Part shown: positions 53,891 through 64,000 of the stretch, piece by piece
How the letters are laid out: each line of letters opens with the position of its first letter
Numbering within the stretch: the stretch's first letter is position 1
Assembly: GCF_036321535.1 (NCBI RefSeq)
Contig: NC_087436.1
Location: forward strand, 66,280,001-66,344,000
From: Camelus dromedarius
Taxonomy: Eukaryota
DNA length: 64,000 bases
Direction: 5' to 3'
Notes under the pieces: generated by a model
Databases searched by the model: none
What the model saw: only the letters and a program-made list of their open reading frames with translations
What the model was told of the DNA's origin: nothing
Program-made: the position numbers and the translations under genes

Positions 53891-54261
53891 AGGGCATTAT
53901 GCTAAGTGAAATAAGTCAGACAGAATAAGACATATTCTGTATGATATCACTTATATGTGGAATCTAAAAAGCATAGCAAATAACGTAGTGAATATAACAA
54001 AAAAGAAGCAGACCCACAGATACAAAGAACAAACTAGTGGTTACCAGTAGGGAGAGGGAAGAGGGAAGGAGCAAGATAAGGGTAGGAGATTAAGAGGTAC
54101 AAACTATTAGGTATAAAATAAGCTATAAGGATATACTGTACACATATCCAATATTGGAATATAGCCAATATTTTATAATAACTATAAATAGAATATAATC
54201 TTTAAAATTATAATCATTGTATTGTACACTTATAACTTAAATAATAAAGAAATAAATTTTT
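53891..54261 (+). mobile_element. 5'-truncated L1 (cetartiodactyl-type 3' UTR) inserted in an L2 3' end
   Basis: ORF2 end GIMLSEISQTE*DIFCMISLICGI*; TSD aaaatgtaaagaaca (53876-53890) / aaaatgcagagaaca (54262-54276); the L2 resumes and ends 'aaatgaatgaatgaa' at about 54382. Confidence 0.9.
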
Positions 54262-57200
54262 AAAATGCAGAGAACAGAAACGAGGTCTCCCTCTTTCAGG
54301 CTGTATCCCAAGTGTCTGTGGCTCTTCTTGACATTTAGCGTTCTTAATATCTATGGAATGGATAGATAAATGAATGAATGAATCTCATTCAGACTTGACG
54401 TTTGTGAATACAGCATCAGCTGTTGGTAAAATTGCTATTCATTTTGTAGTTAAGATGAAGAATTTTTTTTGTAGAAGAAAAGCAGTTTCCATTAAGAAGG
54501 ATGAAGTCAGGATTACACTCAACATCTGCCGAACAGTTTGTTTAGGCTACAGAGTTGCTGTATAAGAGGGTCTTTCTGTTAAATGTAGAAGCTTGTTGAG
54601 TTTGTGAGTGAGTTTGCAGTATGAATTCTGCAGCATGAATGTGGCACTTTCTTCAAGGTCTGTATACCCATTCATCCCTTGATGGCGTTACTGATGACCT
54701 ATCATTCTTACAAGTAATTAAGTAGATTTCACAGATCAGGACCTTTAGCTTTCTCATATCATGCTGTTACTAATATTTTCCTGTTTCCATGATTAACTTG
54801 ATATTGGTCAAATTTTGTTAGTAATTTTTCTCTTGAGTTTCTAGTATGTGTAAATTTTTTTTCTTCAAAATGATATACCTATATTCTTACCAGTGAACAT
54901 TCACACAGCCGTGTGTTCTTCTGGAACTCTAAGATAAGATTTTGTTGTTGTTGCAGTTTATCGTGTGCTGTTACTGTCTTGTAAGTGACTACTCCACTGC
55001 ACCTCCTTTACATACTCCCAAATCCATAAAAAGAATTTTTTATCTTCTGTATAAATGTGCCTAAAGAGAGAAAGCGATATATCAGAACTCTAGGTGAATT
55101 AGTCAGTGTACTATTCCTTGTCATTCTGCCTTGGTAGGAGTGCTTCACAACAAATGCTGTTCAAACTACTTTAAAAAAAATCTAAATCTGACATCTGTAA
55201 GAGGTCCAAATCTTGTAGCCCCAGGGAAATTTGGATACCTCAGAAATCCTCAGGACTAGAGAAATGAAATGGTCTTTGAATAATCCAATAAGAACTTCAT
55301 TAAAATTATATGAAACCCATGGATTACACAAGATTGACACCTGAAGGAGATAAAGTATAGCCCTCAACTGCTGAAGAATATGTCACTAGCCATGCTCATA
55401 ACAACAATAATATAGTAAAGAAATAAAGATGTATATGTTTATGTATCTTGAGCTTTATGGCATTTCAATATGTATTATACAACATGACTTTAGATTTTGC
55501 ATCATTATATAAACATTTCTGAGGCTCCAGGAATCCTGACCAAGCAGAAAATAATAAAAGAATAACATCAGAACAGAAATGTAGGTGTTGCTAGATAAGA
55601 ATTATTTATTTTGTCAGCACAACACTTTAATGATTTGTACTCGAAGCAAAAATGTAAATTTTATCTATTTTGAACTGAATCACTGCTTGGAACACTGAAT
55701 TTGGCTGAATAGGCTGGGACCTGTGGTAGTAGCTTCTTAAAGGGCCTGGCTTTCTCTCAGGAATTCATTTATTCACAAAAGAAAAGCCCTAAAACACAAA
55801 TAATTGAGCTCATAAATACTCAAACTTATATATATATATATATAATTTCTTTCTCAAATAGTTCTTCATTTTAAAATAAAAATTGCAAACACAAACATGA
55901 CAAAATTTAGTAAATATATTTATTGAAATAAATTAGAGGAAATTAATTTATCATGTGTGGAAAAAACAGAAAGTTAAAAAAATTTGAGGGAGATTAGAGA
56001 AGAAAAGAGGCAAAAACTAAAAAGAAAAGGAAAGAAAAACAAGTTAGGCAAAGAGTAAAATTGATCAAGATAGAAATGAAGGAAACAAGAAAAGGCAATA
56101 TATAAAAGATGACCTTTTAAGTACTTTTTGTTTTATTGAAGAAATACTCCTTTCTCTATAATGTTTTTGACCCTCTACCTATACATGTTTTTTCACTCTG
56201 TCCCACTTGAACCAAATTACTTTAGAAGTAGGGAAAACCTGAGTGGAAAAATTTCTCTTTAGACCAAAATTGCTCTAAAGCCCATGCACATCCTTGTCAT
56301 ACTGCCCTGCTCTACTCTCCTACTTCTGCCTCCTCCTTTTAGCCCTTTGAATAGTATTTCCTTTTCAATTGTAAAAAACAGACCTGAGATCTTGCAGCAT
56401 CTCCCAGAACACTTCAGAATTCTTTCAGCTACCCATCATTCTCCTCTCTAACCTGGGAGAAAGAATCGTCCTCATTGAAATGTCAGACATTTCAGTCCCT
56501 TCACAAAGCCAGAAAAGTAATTAAAGCCCAATGGTAAATATACCCTTGAAGTTTCTAAGCCTTTGTGGTCTGTCTCTGCAGCTGCCAGTGACTTTTGTTT
56601 GAGAGAAGCTCATAACCATTCTGAATTCTGTCAGATCAGTGACAGGCAGGGCTGCGGTGGGAGGGTATGTAGGCTGGGACTGCTTTGCCTTCCTATGTTG
56701 TTGACCATGGAAATGGTTCTCGCACCTCATGGAGTTTCATTGTTATCAAATCGATGGTATTTTCAAGCCCTGGTTCATCAAATGCCGAAAATATGTGAAA
56801 GTCTATAGAACACATTAACTGTAATAAAAGAGAATGAAAGTTAAAATATTTTTGAAGACACCACATTTGTAAATCAGTTTACAGTTTTCATTTTTGAATA
56901 CCCTTTGCACTCCAGTTTATGGTTTTTCTATTGTCATTAGAGAATTATACTTTTTTATTATTATCAATTAACCAGGTAAATTCTATCGGAAAACATAATA
57001 AGTAAAACAGATGTGAATGACGTTTTGCTTTGGTGCCAGTATCCTAAAGTTACTAGTGTAAGGCTGACACCTAGTGGAAGAACAGCAACACTGGTGAAAT
57101 AAAAGATTGTCTGGTTAAGGCTAATAGCTATGCAATTATTTCCACAGATCATCAACTGCTATAATCTATGAGAAAATAATTATAATAATAGTTTAAAAGC

Positions 57201-58169
57201 ATTATTACTAAGGTACCTTGACATATTGTCCTGTCTTCTTTGAAATGTGTATGTGTATTTGCAAACAAAACATGTGGGAATTAAGATTATTCACTGAGAC
57301 CATAGAGATTTTAATTAATTTGTCAGGTAATGAGTAACTTGTCAAGTAATAAGTAAGTAAGAATACAATATATTTACTTTTACTCTTAGTATTTTCTATC
57401 TTTGTGAGGGAATGAAGTTGTTTCAAGACCCTCAAAAACAATTAGGTCCAATATAGGAGAATATTGAAAAACCTTCTCCTCCTCTGAATCATAAACTTCC
57501 ATACTTGCTTCCTAAAGACAGTTTTATTAAAGAATAAAGAGTCTTTTCCAGAGTCTGAAAGTAAGTAGGTAAGTGTGATGCCAACTCTTTAGTGTAAGAA
57601 ATGGTTTATTCATCTATATTCCCAGTGCATGGGACTTGGAAGTCAGTGAGGTGTTCAGCAAAATATTGGTACACATGTTAACATGTACATGGTTTACTGC
57701 TCTAAGAGGCTTTGCAAAATATATGTATTGTAAAATATCACAATACCTGTACCATTTAATCATACATTAATCATGTGAAGTTCTCTATATTAGTACAATA
57801 TATATAGAGGGTAGACAAAAGAGTATTTTCACTCCACAAATATTGGATTCTGGAAATTTGTCAGATTTAATTACAAAATCTCATAAATGTTATTAATTAT
57901 GATACCTTATAATGACATGATCAAAGGTGACAGCTTTTGTAGTATATAGTAAATTTTATAACAGTCTTTGGAATTTTATTTGTTTTGTTGAGAATAATGA
58001 TTAAAAAAAACTAAAGAAACCACATTCTAAAATTTTCAGGGTAAACTGCTTAGGACCTTCTGTTATTTGCTATCAACAAATAATGGTGAATTTTTGACTC
58101 TTCTAATCCATCTCTTTTATTATAAAATATAGTTATTTATATTAAATGATAACTAAAAAAATATAGGTT

Positions 58170-59990
58170 TCTTCATCTCCATGCTACTTCCACATTCAAT
58201 TTTCCTGAAATCCCAGCTGGATAGTTCCATTCCCCACCTTAGAGTCTTCAGTGGCTCCTTCTTTTTGGATATGATCAAGGTCAAAATCCTTGACAAACCA
58301 TGCTGGGCTTCATCACCTAACCTCTACCTACCCCCTACACATACCACAATTCAGCTCACAGAGAGCTCTGTTTTTCAGTCAAACTCTGCTCCATCTCCTT
58401 CGTTTGTCCTGTTGCTCTCTCTTTCTGCTTGACATTGTTCTTTCCTCTGATGGACCGCATCCAGGATTTGTGTGTTAGAAAGGAAAGGGACACTTGTGAT
58501 CACTCAAAAAGACAGTGGGTTCCACCATGGTTCTTGTGACTGCATAGTTTTTATAAGTACTGTATTATCACTATATCTCAGTTTCCTCATAATGCTTAAG
58601 TTTTTCAGCCAGAAATAGTATATGTAAAGGGCATGATAGAAAATAGACACTCAATAAATGTTAAATATTGTTGTCTCTTGAAAATCTTATTTTCAAAGTA
58701 AAATTTTCTATAAAACCATCCCTGCTGCCAGACATGTTAAATAATTTGGCCACATGTCTGTTGTCATGCTTACTCACATTATATCACAATCCATGATTCT
58801 CAAATTTATTTCCAGTCTAGATCTGAGCTCTAGGATTGTATCTCCAATGACCTACTCAACATTCTGTGATAGCTCATAATATATCAAACTTAAATTTCTA
58901 AAACACAATTATTCATATCTCCCTTCTAAATATGCTCACCTCAGATGTTATCTGTCTAGTAAACAGGCTCATCATTCACTGTTGCTTAGACTCAATGACC
59001 AGTTCATTGCCAAACCCTTCCTGTTTTACCTCTCTCTTCAATTTCATCTTCATAAGCTTAGTTCAAGTCATCATTCACTCTTGACTAGACTCCTGTGCCA
59101 ACCTCTTAACTCTTCCTTACTTGTCTGTTTTCTACGTCTAGTCCAAACGACCCATCCAATCCTCATCAGATGCGAATTCGTAAATGATGAAACTCATACC
59201 AATATCTGGCCGTCACTAGAGTAACATCCAAATTTCTTACTCTAGGAGGCAAGGTCAGTGTGATTGTCCTGTTTCCCTTTCTGAACTTGTATCTTGCCAA
59301 ACTCTCGCTCATTTACCACAGTCCAGCCCAAACAATCTCCTTGATATCATCTGGGTATGTGTTCAGTTCAGGTTAATATAACAATACCACAGACTGGGTG
59401 GCTTAAACAACAAGCATTTATTTCTTACTGTTCTGGAGGCTGGGAAATCCAAGATCAAGGTGCAAGAAGATTCTGTCTCTGGTGAGAGCCCATTTCTGGC
59501 TGTGTCCTCACAGGGCCGAAGGGGCTGGGAGTTCTCTGGAGTCTCTTCTATAAGGGGATTTGTCCCATTCCTGAGGGCTCCACCATCATGCTTAATCACC
59601 TCTGAAAGGCCCCACATCCTAATATCATCACATTGGGAGTCAGGATTTAACATATGCATTGGGGGAGGGGGGAGGGAACATAGCATTCAGCCTGTCAATC
59701 TCATTCCCAGCTTGGCCTTTGAATATGTCATGCCTTCTGACCAAAATATTTTCCCACAAATACACACAAAGTTTTTCCCTTACTTCTCTGTTCAAATGGA
59801 AATGACAGATCATTGCCTCTACATTATCTTATCAACACCTGAATCTATTTCATTTTTTATTCACATAAAAATGTTTTAATATCTCTAACCTTGAAATATA
59901 ACCTCCTTAGGGGAATGATCTTGAAAGTTCAATTCACTGTCATATTCCCAGTGGATAGTACAAATTAGGTGCTTAAAAAGATTAACTGTC
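58170..59990 (+). mobile_element. L2 fragments, split by MLT1A
   Basis: 'tagacactcaataaatgtt', 'ccagtctagatctgagctctagg', 'atatcaaacttaaa', 'ttcactgtcatattcccagtg'. Confidence 0.65.
59356..59697 (-). mobile_element. MLT1A-like MaLR solo LTR
   Basis: 'ataccacagactgggtggcttaaacaacaagcatttatttcttactgttctggaggctgggaaatccaagatcaaggtgc' is the classic MLT1A signature. Confidence 0.92.
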
Positions 59991-60679
59991 CTCTCCTCTC
60001 CAACTTAACAGAGGCAGTGTCTGCATATGGCAAAAGGCATTTAGAAACACATTTTTGCAGTATTAAAATTGGTAATGAATTGGACTTACAATAAAATGAA
60101 TTATAATAATAATATAAGAAAATGTTAATAGTGGATTACAGTCATGGAAGGACTAAAGGCTTTACTTTGCCTCTCACAAAGCTTAAAATAGGAAAAGCAC
60201 AAAATCAGTCCCCTTGAATTCTGAAACCAGCCAATACACTCACGTTGCATAGAGCTTCCAGTTCTTAATGTTAAATAACAAACATCCTTTTGTTTATACA
60301 GAGCAGTCATCTCAGACTTGCTTTCCTATTGTTTGTTTTAGGTCAGACACCTTTTACTTTCCAAGTCTTAGACTAGTACTTCTTCTTATGATTGTGTTCC
60401 TATAACTTTCAGTCAGGTATTTATCCACATCTGCGTTCTGCCTCTTATCATATAATTCTCCATTAAGAATTCCAGGTTGTATATTAAACATTTTTAGTAT
60501 GTTTGTTCTTCTTGGGCTAAAGATTTCCATCCTGATCCATGCTCAAGTACTCTCGGCAGCTGCTTTTGGCATTTCAGGGACTGGTGTGAAAAACAACAGA
60601 CTTATTGTAGCTTGTGTTAATATTTTTCTAGTTTAATGAAGACCCCTACAGGGATGGTAAAGCTAGAGTGGAGAAACAG

Positions 60680-60990
60680 CATATCATTGTGGTAAGAGCT
60701 TCAGTTCAGGCATAAAATGCAATGCAACTGAATTTGAATTCTAAATCTTGTTAATTACTAGCTTTGGGTATATTACTTAACTTTGCAGTTTCCTCATTGG
60801 TAAAATGTAAATACTAACAGACTGTATATTGATTATGTTATGAATTAAATGAAAAAAAACTATGTTGTTGATGTTATAACACCAACATTGTATCTTGATA
60901 TTGTAGATTAAATGAGAAAACATACATGTGAAATGTGTAGTACAATGTTTGGGACATAGTATACACACAACTAAAATTTGATAGTGTTAT
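60680..60990 (+). mobile_element. MIR SINE
   Basis: 'gtggtaagagc', 'cagtttcctcattggtaaaatg', 'gattaaatgagaaaacatacatgtgaa'. Confidence 0.8.
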
Positions 60991-61379
60991 TGTTTAAATT
61001 TCCTTAAATTTGATCTTACTTAATTTTTATATTAAAATATGTTAAAGTATGTTTTTTAAAGATATCAGTGAAGATTACTTCTATTATTTCACTTGTTTAA
61101 TATTACAGAAGATAATAGAATTTAAAACTTGTCAACTGATTTTAACTGATTTGTTTATTATATTACTCTATCTTAACCAACTCAGTGAGATAAGCAGGAT
61201 ACATATTAATATGCTTTTAAAATCAATGAGGAAAGAAAGGTTTAAAAAACTTGTATATCTGATAAAAAATCACAGGTCAAGACTAAGACCTAAATTGTCT
61301 ATATTCTAGCAGCCCAAGTTATTAGGTTCTTAACAGCATATCTTAATTTTTTTTAATGTGTGACTTCTTTTGATGAATA

Positions 61380-61550
61380 ACATTTATTAAACACTTACTC
61401 TTTTAGGCACTGTTATATAAAATTTCAATATATTCATTCATTTATTCTCTCAAAACTTAACTTACAAAGTGACTAGTTTTATTATCCTCATTTTATGAGT
61501 TGAAACTCTCTAAGGGCTAAGTAATTTGCCCAAGGTCATAGAGCCAACAT
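61380..61550 (-). mobile_element. MIR SINE
   Basis: 'attatcctcattttatgag...ctaagtaatttgcccaaggtcatagag'. Confidence 0.8.
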
Positions 61551-62109
61551 GAAGAAAATACTTAAGTATATTAGTAGTGTAATAGTCTGGATGCACTATT
61601 AGGCATCCAGAAAACAATAAAATTTTTAAATGTATTTTTAAGTAACTTTGAAATCTGGTTTTTAAAAGAAATGTTCAAAATGGGAACTACACATACACAG
61701 TTTTATTTTTCATTCTTTCTGCCATATATATGACATAGATGATTTATATATTATATCACATATATATGTGTATTATATATATTCCCATGGAACCTAATAT
61801 TTATTTGTTCCCAATTTGTTACCCTGGGAGTTCCGACTGTTATGTACTTGGGCCTTAGAATGGTCTCATTAGTTAACTGCATGCAGCACCACAAACATTA
61901 AGGAATGCAAAATTGTCAACAATTAAATTAAAAACAAATAGTTCAAATTCTTACTGAACTTGTAGTTACGTTAAATACAAACTATCAAGGCCAACACACC
62001 ATTGACACTTGTGTCTCACTCCAGTCACATCTGGTCACCTTTTGGATGGCTTTGATGGGATACATCAGAGGTGCTGTGAGCTGCTAAGTACATGGTCAAA
62101 GGGACAAAG

Positions 62110-62310
62110 AAGTGGCCCTCCAAGCAGGGAGACAGATTCGAGTCTTCTATTTGTTACTTAATGAGCTATTTGACCTTTGATCTGTTGTTTGTTAAATTTA
62201 TTATTTTATAACTCAGAATGTCTCTTTCCAGAAAACAGAGATAATAAGGATCCAGTGGGTAGCTGTGAGCATTAGGTAAGGTCTTCATATGAAGCACTTA
62301 AGGCATTTAA
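62110..62310 (+). mobile_element. MIR SINE
   Basis: 'ttacttaatgagctatttgacctt', 'aaaacagagataata', 'gctgtgagcattag'. Confidence 0.6.
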
Positions 62311-62389
62311 GACCTCTCAAAATGGAACTAAAATTAAAATAATACATACTCATATTTTATATACATTTAATAACTGTCTTTTTGTCTGC

Positions 62390-62760
62390 TTCCTGTCAGT
62401 TCTCACAGATAATACGAGTTGGGGATGCTGACTGTCAGAGTGCAGCATATTTTCATTCCTGTCAGGTTTGTACTCAGAGAACACTTTTGTGAATTGCATA
62501 ATTCAAACCCAAAATCGTAAATCATTTGATTTATAGAATGGCCATAGTTCATACAGCAGCATTTCTCTTTTCTTTCTAGACAACACATGCAAGACATCTC
62601 CAGAGTACTCACTCCATTCTTTGTTTTCTAATCCACTGTCTGAAGAAAGACCTGAGTCAGTGGTTTTTGTTATCAGGATATAACTCTGCAGTGGCATTTG
62701 AATTATTGTGCGCTGTTGTAGTTAGTAATTGCCGCTATGTAAATGCAGATAATGCTCAGC
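62390..62760. promoter_or_regulatory. Candidate HOX/TALE enhancer
   Basis: Three CTGTCA (MEIS) sites, an inverted pair of PBX-HOX octamers, AP-1 TGAGTCA and retained CpGs; based on motifs only. Confidence 0.35.
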
Positions 62761-63519
62761 TACTTTTAAAGACAGCTTCATATTTAAGCATACCATAGCT
62801 CTGTAAATTGGCAATTCTCAAACAGGAGCCATAATCATAAACCCACAGTTTGTACATGTGATTTAAAAGAGCTTATTTTAAATAATCACTGCTTTGTTTT
62901 TGTTATAGACTGCCAAATGATTCAATGTTTTAGTTTTAGTCCTGTTATTTAACTTTGATTTTCAGATCATGTTAGTGTGAGAAATAAAATTTCCGTGAGT
63001 TTATGATAAGCTGTAGAGCAAAATATTTAAAGTTGGAGTTCTACAGTTGGACAGTTTGGCTCATGTTAGCTTAAGTATTTAAGTATATTAGTAATGTAAC
63101 CAGAAAAGCCATAGTTCTATCCATATAATCTATAAACATTCATCTGAATTTTTAAGTTAAATGTAGACATTTTCAGTAAAAAGGAAAGAAAGAACATATT
63201 CCATATACAGATGAAGATTAAGCATGTTGTTGTTAGCACCTGTCTGCATGAGGTGTGAAATGCTGGTCTCATGGGGAAAAAAATACACTTCTATCAAAGG
63301 AGACAAAGATTCCGGTCTTGATGCAGGAGACCTTTTATACAAGTTCAAGTAAAGCATGATTTCTAATTTCCAGACACAGAAGTTGCTACTAAAGATATAA
63401 AGAATAACCTTTGGATATTTTTGTGCATTCTAAAAGATTGTACAATATTGATTTTTAAAAAAAGCTTTGCACATTGACGAATGATTCAAATACAGGTTCT
63501 GTAACAAATGGATATTATG

Positions 63520-63630
63520 ATATTAAAAAAATAAACTCCTTGAGCCTTAGTGTTTACATCCATAAAATGGACATGATATTAACTTCCACAGAGGGTTGCT
63601 GTACAATTAAATAAAAACAAAAGTTATAAA
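63520..63630 (+). mobile_element. MIR core
   Basis: 'tgagccttagtgtttacatccataaaatggacatgat...cagagggttgctgt'. Confidence 0.75.
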
Positions 63631-64000
63631 ATGTTATAAAAAGGGCCTACAAAGCAAAAAAAATTAGTATTTTTTTTCTTGCTTCCTATCCTAAGGTTTG
63701 AGTTGCCTAGGTATAAAAAGGATCATGAAATGCTTCCTGGAAATTGATGAAACCTGACAGCATTCTTCATGGTTGAAGCTATACAAAATATCTAAATGGA
63801 CAAAATTACAGTTCTTGAGTTCCCTTCTTCTCTGAAAGGAAGATCACCACTCCCCACCCCCACCCCAAAGGCTATCTAGCACTTAGAGAATTTCTGCTGA
63901 GATCTAAGAAGATTTATAAACAGTTATGTCTTACTTAATAACATGCTTCACAGATGCATCTAGGCAACCATTATATTGCTCTGTGCCATACGTACAAGGC

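Noticed and set aside
59363..59879. 107-aa and 139-aa ORFs
   Set aside because: Lie in the MLT1A LTR and L2; typical spurious repeat ORFs
1..64000. CRISPR array, operon, defence system, tRNA/rRNA or CpG-island promoter
   Set aside because: None seen; this is repeat-rich, CpG-poor eutherian non-coding DNA

Overview
AT-rich, CpG-depleted mammalian genomic DNA, intergenic or deep-intronic. It has no recognisable protein-coding gene, RNA gene, CpG island or prokaryotic-type system. Much of the window is decayed eutherian transposable elements: L2, MIR, old L1M, MaLR/ERVL/ERV1 solo LTRs, MER20 and MER5. Several younger 5'-truncated L1 3' ends retain target-site duplications (TSDs). Their 3' UTR looks camelid/cetartiodactyl, and I saw no Alu, B1, Can-SINE, PRE1 or Bov-A/BovB. 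The supplied ORFs are chance ORFs or L1 ORF2 remnants. The best non-repeat signals are: (1) unique-sequence blocks rich in TALE/HOX (PBX-HOX, MEIS) motifs, strongest at about 62.4-62.75 kb; (2) a possible chain of small minus-strand exons at 5.8-9.8 kb; (3) three L1 copies truncated at nearly the same point. Repeat family names are from memory of consensus sequences, not a search, and most boundaries are approximate.
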